NCBI RefSeq assembly: GCF_006345805.1
Contig: NC_043004.1
Coordinates: 105,772,001-105,836,000 of the forward strand
Source: Octopus sinensis
Lineage: Eukaryota
Reading direction: 5' to 3'
Length of the DNA stretch: 64,000 nucleotides
Made by a program: the position numbers and the translations under genes. Of the stretch, positions 10,421 through 23,079 are shown piece by piece. The stretch's first letter is position 1; every line of letters begins with the position of its first letter. The notes under the pieces are model-generated. The model was given only the letters and a program-made list of their open reading frames with translations, was not told the origin of the DNA and did no database searches.

Positions 10421-13169
10421 ATCTATCTATATATATGCATGCATACACACATGCAAAATCATAAATAAGCATGCATAAAAGAACTCTTACATGTATACAC
10501 AAAATTTTACGTACAAGCTCACACATAAAAGCAACGCCATATACATATTCCTATATACAAAAACGTATATACAAAGACAAACTATTCCATACATACACAC
10601 ACACGCACGCATGCATGCATAGAAAGATACATAAATGTACACGCAAACACACAAAGATACACATACGTACATACACAGATATGTAAACATCTTCACAAAT
10701 ACAAAATATATACATACATACACATGTCTGATGAACTGAAAATAACCATGAACAATGAATCACGTCATATTTACATAACAGACACTTCCCTACCCACACC
10801 AGCCATTTCATGGTCGCCATTTGTATTTTTCTTTTCATCATTTCTATTTCTTAAACCACAATAAAATCTGAAAGAAGCATTATTTCAAGGACAAAAATGG
10901 ATGAAAGTTGCTTATTTTATCATGAAGTGTGATGGGATTGTGTTAAAATACAATATTAAAAAATGAAAAGGAAGGAGACCATCTTTTATTCTAAATTTTT
11001 AATTCGAAATGGACAGTTATCCATCAGTTCCATTGTCTTTGAGACACCATGATGGTTTATAGCCAATTACTTAAAGCTTGTGCATTTCTGTCAAAATCTA
11101 TGATGGAAAATATGATTTTAGCTTCTTGTTTAAACACAACAAATAGGGTGTTACGTTATATTTAAACTTGTTCTACATTTCTTTTTCTCTATTCCTTCTT
11201 CTGTTCATCTCTCAGCTTAATTTCTCATTTTCCCTTTTATTTTGATACTATTTTTTGGTATTTTCTCCTGTTTTTTATCATAATTTTTATGTATTTTATT
11301 TCATCCTCTCCTCTTCTAAAAACAATTTTTAAAATTTGTCTGTGCTTATATTTTCCTATTCTACCTTTTCTTCCTTCTGTTCTTTTCTTTTTGCTTTCAT
11401 TATTTTTTCGCCAGATCAACAAGTTTCTCACACCAAATGTCCGTAGAATTTCTGGACCCATGAAACCCTCCACCTGAACTGAACTTCAAGGTGGGATTTG
11501 TTACTGATATGTCTATTAACTTGCCTTGCTTTGGGCTCTCAACACCTTAATGGAATTGTAGGGGGTCTTGTCATGATATATACCATAGGCAGTTTATTTT
11601 AGATGAGGAGGCATGCAAACACAAACACACACACATGACAGGCTTCTTTCAGTTTCCATCTATCGAGTGCCTTTAGAAAGTTTTTGATCACCCAACTTTT
11701 AATTATTCTATTATACTATAAAGTGTTAACGACAGATTCCTGTGGTGTAAACAATCTGTCATGGTAATCTGTCACTATGTGGGAAGGGGAAAGTAAAAGT
11801 ATGTGTGTGACAGAGAGAGATCCAAATGAATGCTACAGGTGCATATATTCACTCACACATCTCTCTAACTAATTTCTGTCTTCTATTATATTAATGTGTT
11901 AAGAGCATAATAAAAGTGTGTCTTCAATAGAGAGGGAATGAAAGAGAGAGAGAGAGATTCAAATGAATGCTACTGGCACACACACACACACACACACACA
12001 TGAATGCTACTGATGCACACACATAAGCTCACAACAATTAGCTGTGTATGTGTTTGTGTGAATTGTGTGAACTGTGCATGTATGTGTGTGAAGTGTAAAT
12101 TGTGTGTGTGTATATACAAACACCATGTGTTTGTGTGTATGTGTCCATGCCCCTGTAGCATTAGTTGGACTTTCTCTCTCTTTTGCTCTCTCTCTCTTTA
12201 TCTCTCTGTATCTGTCTGTCTCTCTCTCTCTCTTTCTCTCTCTGTATCTGTCTGTCTCTCTCTCTCTCTCTACCTGAAAATTTAACACATACATCTTGAG
12301 GCAAGTCATTGTCATGAAAATTGAACAAAGGTATTATTTTCATAATTTTCAACTCTCAAAAAGTGGGTAACATTTCCATTATTTATAAAACAAACTTTAA
12401 CAAAGCTTTTTTTTTAAAAAAAAAAAAATCAATTGCACATTGTTCCACCATTGTGCATTTTTCCATCAAATATTGAAAACCTAAAATGTCGACATTTGAT
12501 TTTGATATTGTGAACTGTAATTGAAAACTATGGTAGAAAATTCTAATTAAACTGCAGAATATCCACAGGGTCAGCTAGTCTAAGTTAATAATATAAATGT
12601 GAGTATCATTGTAATAGGTACAGGAATGTTTCAGTGTGGCTGTATGAGTGTAGTTGAGGTGTGTCAGTATTAGAGTATGGTTGTGTGAATGTTGTGATGT
12701 AGATGTGAGAATGTTTTCGTAAGGCTTTGTGACTTTTGTAGTTAGTACCCTTGAATGGATATAACCTAGGTCTGGGACATGGTTTTAATTCCTTGTTCAT
12801 ACCATTTCAATCTATTCATACAGTTAAGACTATATGACCATCATTTGCAGAAGATTTGGCTGTTACTTCCTATTTTTCCTTTCGTAGGTTGAGTGACTAC
12901 GTAGAGGCTCTCTTGTGATGTACTCAATTTATGATAAAAGAAAGGGGACAGCAAAATCAATGCTCTGACTAAGTCCATTTTGCTTCCCTCTTCACTGTGG
13001 AAACTAACAGAATCTATGGGTATACAAAAACTGACTGGGCAGTGAGAAAGAAAAAGCAATCAACAACAGCAACAACATACTTGATCTGTGATGTGGGCCC
13101 TCCTCCCAATGCTCTCCACTAGACATTAGAGTACACAGTATGGTCCTCAGTAGATTCAATAGTACTAAA

Positions 13170-13590
13170 TACGCGGATCACAACTGTGGATGGAGCCTGT
13201 GGAAGAGGTAGACCCAGGAAGACATCAGACAAGGTGGTGACACATAGTCTTTGAATGTTGGACCTTACACAGGTGATGACAAGTGATTGAAACTTTTGGC
13301 TATATGCTGTGCTTGAGAAGACTCATCAAGGCAAGTGAAATCGTAGTCAAGGCTGTTGCTGGTGTCACGTGAATGGCACCCATGCTGGTGGTATGTAAAA
13401 AGCGCCCATGCTGGAGGCATGTAAAAGGCAGCCATTACACTCTTGGAGTGGCTGGTGTTAGCAAGAGCATCCAGCCATAAAAACCATGTGAAACCAGAGT
13501 GGAGCCTGGTACAGCTCTTCAGCTTACCAGTTCCAGTCAAACTATTTAACCCATGCTAGTATGGAAAGCAGACACTAGAGGATGGTGAGC
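13170..13590 (+). mobile_element. RTE LINE 3' end (ORF C-terminus plus 3' UTR)
   Basis: TVDGACGRGRPRKT motif followed by ..AVLEKTHQGK* and the AAGAGCATCCAGC..CATGCTAGTATGGAAAG UTR. Confidence 0.8.
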
Positions 13591-14505
13591 GCATCACCTT
13601 GCTCATCTGACTATGACCCAATAAGGAAGCCATGAACCAAATAAAATTTTACATTATTTTGTTTCTTTCCTTTTTGACCCTCCATCTGCAAAATTAAATT
13701 TCATGGTTATTCCAGTAATGATTTTAGATATTTACCAAAAAATAGAATTAGTATTTTCTGCAAGTCATGTTGCCTCAGTAAACTTGACATATCTCAACAA
13801 AACATACTTTCAAACATGACATTCCTCAACAGAAGATAGGTTGGTATGTAAAACTACCTTCTGCTGTCAAGGGTAATGAAATTTTGAGTAAATATATCTG
13901 ATTTCCTCAGTAAAATGGTTAAAACGGTAGGGAGGTGTAGAGTGGAATCTGGCTGCTAGCACTAACATGCTAAAAGCTCTGTTGTTGACTTGAATTGAAA
14001 ATGTGTCTCCTAGGTGGGTGTAGTTAATATATTTTGGTGCAGTTGAAACTGTCCAGGTTTTCATGTCCACATTGGAAGATAATTATTTACTGGAATGGGG
14101 TGGAAGTAAATGAATGCAGTGTCTTGGTGAATTGTGGATAATTCCTATGTGGGATGGGGATAACATTATGGAGACAGAAATATGTGTATGAGTAAAAGTG
14201 ATTGTGAAATGGTCATGGATATACAGAAGTATATAACTAAACCCTGACTTGAAGCCTGTAAATTTGACCAAAATTGGCAACCTAAAACGCTTAATGATAT
14301 TTCTGCAATTTATATGAAGTGTAGGTATTTAAAGAAATGTAGAATTCATGGCAAAGATTTATTTTACAATAAAATATGTATTTCCAGAGAAGAAATATGC
14401 AAGGAAGTGTTTAGTATGGGAGGGAGTGTTGTAAAATAAATAAACTGTGGGTGTAAGAAATAAAAATATTTCTTGGAACCAAAAAATAAAAGATAGATAA
14501 ATATC

Positions 14506-14578
<73 letters not shown>

Positions 14579-15549
14579 GAGACAGAGAGAGAGAGAAATG
14601 AAGAGAATATGATATTAAATAGACAGAAGTATTATATTTCTTTCATCCTTGTTAGAATCTTTATTTACCCAATATTACTTTTACTTCTTTTTTTCTTTTC
14701 CGAAAGTGACTGCTTCTTTTATTCTGTAACACCAATACACTCCAGATGTGTACCATAAACCTACTACTTCAGATACCAGATGCTTTCAAATAGTCTTTAA
14801 AAAAAATAGCTGGGGGAATCCATCTAAAACTAGGGAATTAAATAAAGATCTATGTATCTCACAATATAACTAGAGAAAGCCGTCTCCTGTTTACATTTAA
14901 TATTCAGTATTATGACGATAGCACAGCCCCGTTGCAATGCCCCTCAATTTGACATAAATTCATATATAAAACTGACTCATTGGATTTATTTTATTTCTTT
15001 ATTTTTCTCTAAATAGATTTTCTTGAACCTTATTTCACACGCCTCTTCTTTTTTTTATTCACTATGACATTTATGGACCCCCAACGATCACATATGTAAT
15101 AGAGGTATACTGTATATATTAATGTATGTTATATTTGTTTTGTTGGTGTTTAGAATTTATTCAGCATTACTAAATATAGTAAACAAATGTGTCATGGGAA
15201 TAAGAATATTAATAATTTGGTAAAATGTGCCAGCAGAATTGCAAGCATGTTAGAAAAAATGCTTAGAGGTGAGTTCAAATCCTGCCAACTTCTCTTTTGC
15301 ATTTCAACCTTTTGGGATTGCTAAAACAAAGTATCAGCTAAGTATTGGTGTCGATGTAATGCTTAGTAGCATTTCTTCAAGCTTAATGTTTTGAACTTGA
15401 ATCCCACTGAGGACAACTGCCCTCAGAATGAAAAACAAAACTGACCTCAGCAGGAATTAAGTTCAAAAACTGAAGTGATAAAACACACTGCAAAACATTT
15501 TCCCAATACTTTCCCCCGTGCCAATAGTAGAAACAATAATAATAATTAA

Positions 15550-15584
15550 GTGAAAGGCCCTAGGTTCAATCCCTGACATCTCCA
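15550..15584 (+). pseudogene. 3' half of a tRNA-Ala-like sequence (fragment, not a full tRNA)
   Basis: GTGAAAGGCCCTAGGTTCAATCCCTGACATCTCCA: T-arm plus acceptor 3' strand ending ATCTCCA; 29/35 to the metazoan tRNA-Ala 3' half as I recall it, all differences transitions. Confidence 0.6.
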
Positions 15585-15599
15585 CAGAAGAATTTTTTA

Positions 15600-15766
15600 T
15601 AGGTGTAGGTACATGGCTATGTGGTAAGCAACTTGCTTCCCAACCATGTAGCTCTGGATTCAGTCCCACTGTGTGGCACTTTGGTCAAGTGTTTTCTACT
15701 ACAGCCTTGAGCAGATCAAAGCTCTGTAAGTGGAGTTGGTAGATGGAAACTGAAAGAAGCATGTTG

Positions 15767-15770
<4 letters not shown>
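15600..15770 (+). mobile_element. SINE family B, 5' part
   Basis: TGGCTATGTGG..GGATTCAGTCCCACTG..GGAAACTGAAAGAAG, running into (AAT)n. Confidence 0.75.
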
Positions 15771-15825
<55 letters not shown>

Positions 15826-16159
15826 TGATGATTTCTTTTATATTTTTATTTAGTTATCTATTTTTATAATAACGATAATGATGGTGATTTTTAATTAACC
15901 ACAAAGAATTGAAAAATGATTGAGCTTGGCACAGCACAATACAGTGAGGTTTTATATTTACCATTTTCGATGGATGTGCAGTGCACACCTAGCACACCCA
16001 GAATATATGCCCCTGATGCCAATCCATCACAAAGTTATCCATTTACAGCCTGGTGGACTGGAGCAATGTGAAATAAAGTGTTTTGCTCAAGAACACAGCA
16101 AACAGCTAGCCTAAGGATAGAAACCATGCTCTCATGATTATGAGAGCAACACCCAAGCC

Positions 16160-16796
16160 CAGTGGTTCTCAACCAGGGTCTATATGGCTCCTGAGGGCCC
16201 ATATTAGATTCTCAGGGGCCCACACAACAAAATAGTTAACTGGGGGTTCACAATAATATTTTAAGGGCCCCTGCAAAAATTTTGCTTTAGATGTGCCGGT
16301 GGCACGTAAAAAGCACCATCCATTCGTGGCCATTGCCAGCCTCGCCTGGCCCCCGTGCCGGTGGCACACAAAAAGCACCATTCGATCGTGTCCGTTTGCC
16401 AGACTCATTTGGCACCTGTGCCGGTGGCACATAAAAAGCACCAACTACACTCACGGAGTGGTTGGCGTTAGGAAGGGCATCCAGCTGTAGAAACTCTGCC
16501 AGATCAAACTGGCAGACCCCAGTTGAACCGTCCAACCCATGCTAGCATGGAAAGCGGACGCTAAACGATGATGATGATGATGATGATGTGTTTTGGTATT
16601 TATTGCAAGAAATAGTGAGGTTTCTTTCTTTAACATTTTACATAGTTCAACCTACACAAGTGAACATGTGAAAAGCAAAATAGGAATTTTGAAAGGGATT
16701 TCTATAAAACTAACATCAAATGGCTATGGGGGCCCACCAGAATAAAATAGTAATGAAAGGGGTCCATAGATTTTTTTAAATGGTTAAGAACCCCTG
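16160..16796. mobile_element. hAT-like MITE interrupted by an RTE 3' UTR
   Basis: TIRs CAGTGGTTCTCAACC / CAGGGGTTCTTAACC (13/15); no TSD visible; left end also present at 63436-63526. Confidence 0.7.
16293..16587 (+). mobile_element. Young RTE 3' UTR insertion with three tandem ~62-bp units
   Basis: CpGs intact; units start at 16293, 16355 and 16418; (GAT)n tail. Confidence 0.8.
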
Positions 16797-17287
16797 CACT
16801 GACAACTAGGTGAAGCAGTTTCTTGGTTGCACTTGCTTCTCTTATTCTTTCTCTTCCTCTCATCACCAATGTTGTGTCCAACAGCCATGACTTAACCCCA
16901 CACTAACCACTAAACCCTATTTTTCTTCCCCAACATGACATCCTCCCAGAATTTATGTCTTCCCTGTTAGTGTCATTTGACAGCATTTAAGCTGGACATT
17001 AGCAGCATCATTGCTGCTGGTCTTGGATGGCCTGCATTAAGCTATGGCCACTCTTGTAAATAAAAGACTAACTGAAAGATAAATAGAGTATCTATCCACT
17101 GTAATTGTTTATCTCCACGTTTACAAGAGATAAATAAATATTGATGGATGGCCAGAAATTAACCATGTGAGTTGGGGAATTGCCATCATTGTAAAAAAAA
17201 AAAGGAAAAAAAGGAAAAAAAACATTTACTGACATGAATATGAATGTATTTGGGTAAATATGCAGACAGAAATACCTACACATGCAC

Positions 17288-17323
<36 letters not shown>

Positions 17324-17467
17324 GCATAGATAATTGTATGTGTGTCTGTGTGTATATGTATATGTGTGTGTGTATGCATGTATATATATGTGTGTGTGTG
17401 TGTATATGTATATGTGTATGTGTGTGCGCATGCATGTGTGTGTGTATATATATGGATATATTTATGG

Positions 17468-17504
<37 letters not shown>

Positions 17505-17545
17505 ATATACATACACACATACAAATACATGTATATGTAAATACA

Positions 17546-17580
<35 letters not shown>

Positions 17581-17620
17581 GTGTGTGTGTGTGTGTATCA
17601 TCATCATCAACATCATGTGC

Positions 17621-17659
<39 letters not shown>

Positions 17660-19308
17660 ATATATGTATTTGTAAGTGTGTTTATACACACACATACACA
17701 CAGTTAAATAAACATTCACATGCATAACCACAATATAAATTCCAAAACAAAGAAATCTGAAAATAATCAAAATATTTCTAACAATCATATCCCACCTCAT
17801 TTCTTGCTGACCGAGAAAAATTTGTTCAAGTCATTAAATACAAAATATATTATTTTTCTTTTTAAACCTTCTTGTTTTTGTCTTTTGTTATTAACTCATT
17901 AAAGAAGAAGATTAAAAATGTACAGCACCACCAAAAAATCTGTTGATGTTTCCAAAGAATCCGTTCTTCTACAAAAGCATAATTTCCCTCTCTACTATTA
18001 GAAAACCCTAATTACTTCCAAAGACCAAAGAATTTCTTCTGCCACATTTGGTGTTAAAAAGATCATGATAAGGAAAGTTTTGATTCAAGTAAACCTCCTA
18101 CATACCTAAGAGTTAATAGTTTGGTACTCAAAGAATGCAGGGGCGTTGTTCAGATAGACAGTTAATTTTATGATTTATAATTACTTCATCTTATTCATTA
18201 AAACTCTTGAATCATCATTTTTAACTAGTTTTACATAATGATCATTTATGTTTTTCTTATCTGGATAATTTTTTTTTTTTTTTGCCAATTTAAGGTGAAA
18301 CTTTTAAAGCAATTTTCATTGGGGCTTACTTGATTTCTTCAAGCTAAGGAAGCACTATGTATTTGGATTTAATTAATATTTGAATGAATAAATAAGGTGT
18401 ACAGAAATTAAAGTAAACAAATAAATATGCTTCACTGGAAGCATTTAAGATATTTATCCTTAATTTCATATTTGGCACTTTGTGCACAGCACCCTGTAGT
18501 ATTCTGTAATTGTTAATTCCTTTGTATTTTATTTAGAATTTTTTTCTTTGCATTTCATGTGTGTATAAGTGTGTATGCAAATGTGTGTGTATGTGCAGAA
18601 GTGAATTATTATACATATGTGTGTATATGTTTATATACTTACATTCAGACATATATATTTATGTATCTGTATGTGTTTATGTTTAGAGACAGACAAAGGT
18701 AAGGTGAGTAAGGTATTGGGCTACCTGCTCGTGAATCAGGTGTTCCATTCCACAACAGGTATTTCTTTTGTATCTCAGGTTGAAAAACTTTGTTCTGCCT
18801 TCCCTCAAGTCCTGAATAGAATTCAAATCAAAGTTGTTCAGTCTCAGACTTTTCCAAGATACAATTTGTGTGTGTATGTATGTGCCAGGTACGTGCCATC
18901 AGTAATTACTCAGGGTAGGCAGTTGGTGACGTTTATGTAGTAAAATGCACAAAAAAATAAGCAAAATACAGGTGCATGACTGAGTTGGAGGCAGAATTAC
19001 TTTTACCTTTATAGTGCATAAAGAAAATGTTGTTGTAGGAATGTATGCAGCATGTGTACTACAGCAGTTCTATGCATAGCTTTAATACTGAGATTGAAAA
19101 GCAGGGGTGAATTATGTCTACCTAATCTACAAAAAAAATTAAATATTTTGTATTTTATGCATAGTAATCAGAGTAACATTCATAATTTTATAGAATTAGG
19201 TGCATATTTTGACATAAAAGGAAAATATTACTATCAATCTATTTTATTCAGAGTAGGCACTGCCTACCTTGCCTACCCAGGCATCACATCCCTGGTATGT
19301 ATGTGTGA

Positions 19309-19628
19309 AGGAGTGTGGCTTAGTGGTTAGGGCATTCGACTCATGATCATAGGGTCACAAGTTCGATTCCTGGCGACATGTTGTGTCCTTGACCAAGATA
19401 CTTGATTTCACATTGCTCCTGTCCACTCAGCTGGCAAAAACAAGTGGTAGCTGTATTTCAAGAGACCAGCCTTGTCACATTCTGTGTCACGCTGAATCTC
19501 ACTGGGAAGTATGTGAAGGGGCATGTGTCTATGGAGTGCTCAGCCACTTGCACGTTAATCTCATAAGCAAGCTGTTCCATTGATCAGATTAATTGGAACC
19601 CCCATCGTTATAAGCAACAGAATGCCAG
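19309..19628 (+). mobile_element. SINE family E, near full length
   Basis: TGGCTTAGTGG A box, AGTTCGATTCC B box, body shared with 3738-4005. Confidence 0.8.
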
Positions 19629-20102
19629 ATGCATGTCTGTGTGTGTGTATGTGATACACACACACATGTTCAGTTTAATATGTGAATAATAGGCACAAAA
19701 CTCTCGGTGCTCTCAAGTCACTTTTGTAAATTTTGTCAATTAAAAATAAAATATGTTTACACATACTCCTGTATTGAGTTCTATACATAGTGCACGTTTT
19801 GATGCGAGTCTAGTGAAGTGTCATTCTAATGTTTAGAACTGCAAACCTACATAACTTTCCATGTGGAAGTTTTGCATGCAATAGTGTTCAAAACAGAATG
19901 GTACTGAAACAATTGCAACTGGTCATTAAAGATGGTTGAAACTCTTTCTTCAAGTTCTTATTTGTGTTTGATTTTTTATGCCAATCATAACAATTTTACA
20001 TTAAATTGAAGAATTACTCAATACATTTGGTAGAGAACATATTTATTATTCTTTAACAAGAATAGTATGGCCAACTAAGCCATTATCAGATCACATTACG
20101 AT

Positions 20103-20137
20103 CTGATGATGGTTTAGCTGGCCGAAACTTTGAAGTC
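20103..20137 (+). ncRNA. Minimal type I hammerhead-like motif
   Basis: CTGATGA-T-GGT-loop-GCC-GAA-ACTTTGAAGT-C (GUC site); the second TSD copy at 20378-20391 has the perfect helix III palindrome ACTTTAAAGT; stem I is weak. Confidence 0.55.
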
Positions 20138-20377
20138 TTTTAAGGCCCTCGAGCTGGCAGAAACGTTAGCACGCCAGGTGAAATGCTTAGCAGTATTTCG
20201 TCTGCTGCTACGTTCTGAGTTCAAATACTGCTGAGGTCGACTTTGCCTTTCACCTTTTCGGGGTCAATTAAATAAGTATCAGTTACGCACTGGGGTCGAT
20301 ATAATTGACTTAATCCATTTGTCTGTTCTCATTTGTCCCCTCTGTGTGTAGTGCCCTTGTGGGCAGTAAAGAAATAT
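20138..20377 (+). mobile_element. Full-length SINE family A with 14-bp TSD
   Basis: GAAACTTT(G/A)AAGTC at 20124-20137 and 20378-20391; CpG-rich, apparently young. Confidence 0.9.
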
Positions 20378-20438
20378 GAAACTTTAAAGTCAATGTCCAT
20401 ACTATTCTTGTTAAAGAATAATAAATACATCTATCTAT

Positions 20439-20470
<32 letters not shown>

Positions 20471-20475
20471 TTATC

Positions 20476-20518
<43 letters not shown>

Positions 20519-20580
20519 CTATCTATCTATCTATCTATCTATTTACCTACCTACCCATCCATCCATCAAAACATCCATCC

Positions 20581-20618
<38 letters not shown>

Positions 20619-21009
20619 ATTATATATATATATGCACGGGTGTATCTTACAGTTGAAGCATCCTTAAAATAAACTCCATGAACTGGCCAGGTTCTTTACC
20701 AGATATAATTAATAAGGTATTTTATGTTTCCTAAGCGATTTAATTAATGCCAGTGGTGGCTGGCTGTATCAAAGTTTTTATTTACCAGTGCAATAAAGGG
20801 GCAGCATGTCCATGGCCCTGTTTTGTGCATGCATGAAAAGTGTGAGACTTCATGGTCACAAAACATAAGCATTGACTGTGTGTAGCTTGGTGAGAAATTG
20901 GACGATCATGATTTATTAGATGTCTAGTGTTTACTTGTATGCAAAGATGATAAAATGTGGACACAGAGAGCAGCTGTATGTAAATCCTTTTGATATGAAC
21001 CCGCCTGAG

Positions 21010-21024
21010 AACGCCCCCTAGCAG
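21010..21024 (-). promoter_or_regulatory. CTCF-like motif
   Basis: CTGCTAGGGGGCGTT versus the CTCF core CCRSYAGRKGGCRS; sequence match only. Confidence 0.3.
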
Positions 21025-21224
21025 TACAACAGAAAAACTCTCTACTTTAAAACGTTCAGATTTAAATTACAAAAGAAAAAAAAAACTGTTCCCTCGTAAC
21101 TTTATGTAAGAAAATTTTATTATTATATTCCAAACATCAGATGAATTATGATGCAGAAAATCATTTTACTAAATAGTAAATCCCTCCATTTTTTAAAACT
21201 TTTATTTACTTTATTTTTGTCTTT

Positions 21225-21603
21225 TACTTGTTTCATTCATTGGGCTTTGGCCATTCTGGAGCACTGCCTTGAAGGTTTTTAGTCAATGAAATCCCCCCCC
21301 TGTTCTGACTAATTTTCTGAAGTCTGATACTTCTTTTATTGGTCTTTTATACTGAAACAATTAGACATGGAGGATATAAACAAACCAACACTGTTCATTA
21401 AGTGATGGTTGTGGATAAACACAAAAACAGACACATGCATTCATATGCGTACAACTGACTCCTGCACAGTTTCTATCTATAAGGTATTAATTGGCCTAGG
21501 GTTATATTAGGAGTCACTTGCCCAAAGTATCACGCAGTGAGACTGAACCAAAAGCCACATGGTTGCAAAGCAAGCTACTTACCACACGGCCACTCCTGCA
21601 CTT
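21225..21603 (-). mobile_element. SINE family B, diverged
   Basis: Collinear with 2345-2744 from tail to head. Confidence 0.75.
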
Positions 21604-22830
21604 ATATCTATACCTTTATTTATTTTCTGGAACTTTTGGTGTTAGATTTGGTTTGTCACCCACTTTTAGACTGGAACTCGGCCCTTAAGTGACTTTATCA
21701 GAAACTGTTTTGTTGCATGCATTAAAGACAGGTGAGGAAAACTTCTTCCCATCAATCTCAAGGGCCCTGAAGTCATTAGTACCAACCAGTCTCCCACTTC
21801 CGACAATCATCATCATGATCATCATCATCATTTAATGTCCATTTTTCCATGCTTGGATGGGTCAGATGGAATTTGCTGATGCAGATTTTTCTACAACTGG
21901 GTGCCCTTCCTGTCACCAACCCTCACCCACTTCCAAGCAAAGTAACATTACCCCATGGCCAGATATAGTTTTCACACAAGACTGGAAACAAACAAACTCA
22001 CTTGTATTATGACGAAGTTCATTTACAACCTTCTCATGATGTCTAGACAAGGATACACGCATACACATACACACGCACAACACACACACACACACACTCA
22101 CACATATACACATACATACAACATGTTCATGCATACACACATGTGCATATACATACACATGCAATCATACACAAACATAAATATTCATGAACACAAACAT
22201 ACACACACATGCATGCATGCACATACACATATACATGCATGAATATACCCATACACACACAAGCATACACACCATGCATACACACACACATGCACATGTA
22301 CACATACACATGCACTATACACATATGCATGCATGCACACAGACACACACACATACATACACAATAGGCTTCTTTCTGTTTCTGTCTCCCAAATCCACTC
22401 GCAAGGCTTTGATCAGCCAGGAACTATTGTAGAAGACATTTGCCCAAGGTGCCCCACAGTGAGATCGAACCAACAATCGCATGGTTCAGAATCAAGCATC
22501 TTAACAATACTGCTATGCCTGCACCTATTTTATTTGCTGTAATATATATATGGAGATCCTTAGTTTTGATTCTTAGCCCTCATGTATATGATTCATGGCC
22601 TACTTATTACTATACACAGATGCATGCATATATGTATGTATATATATGCATATATGCATATATATACACATACACACTCACACACAGAGGCATACATGCA
22701 CACACATACACACAAATGAATACAAACACACTCTCACACACATACACATATACACCTACATCCACACACTCACAAACACATGCTCACACACACACACACA
22801 CAGATACTATACATACATACATACACATGC

Positions 22831-22859
<29 letters not shown>

Positions 22860-22861
<2 letters not shown>

Positions 22862-23076
22862 ATGGGGTGCTGAAAAATTCTTGGCTTTAAGGATATTGCA
22901 AAAGGTCTGGCTTGAGGGCCAACCTTCCGTGTTCTTTTATAGGGCTTAGAGAATCTGATGGACACCTGCAATAAGTGCGTGAATCTGGGAGGGGAATATG
23001 TTGAATAAAATCATAATCTACTGATATTCTTGTATTTTCTTTTACCCAAAGTGAGGAACTTTTCATCACCCCCTTA
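22860..23076 (+). mobile_element. Mariner-derived MITE, copy 4
   Basis: Same TIRs and ..CNKCVNLGGEYVE* remnant as 7913-8623. Confidence 0.8.
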
Positions 23077-23079
23077 TAT

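Larger units (their letters stand above)
20040..20427. mobile_element. Fold-back palindromic element (probable Penelope-like terminus) split by a SINE
   Basis: Perfect 31-bp outer inverted repeats (20040-20070 / 20397-20427) and a 24-bp inner hairpin (20069-20092 / 20100-20123, 21/24). Confidence 0.75.

Noticed and set aside
10728-10750. CTGATGAACTGAAA
   Set aside because: No room for stem II and no helix III or NUH site
16293-16445. Repeat-spacer pattern resembling a CRISPR array
   Set aside because: The spacers are homologous to each other, the units belong to the RTE 3' UTR, the context is eukaryotic and there are no cas genes
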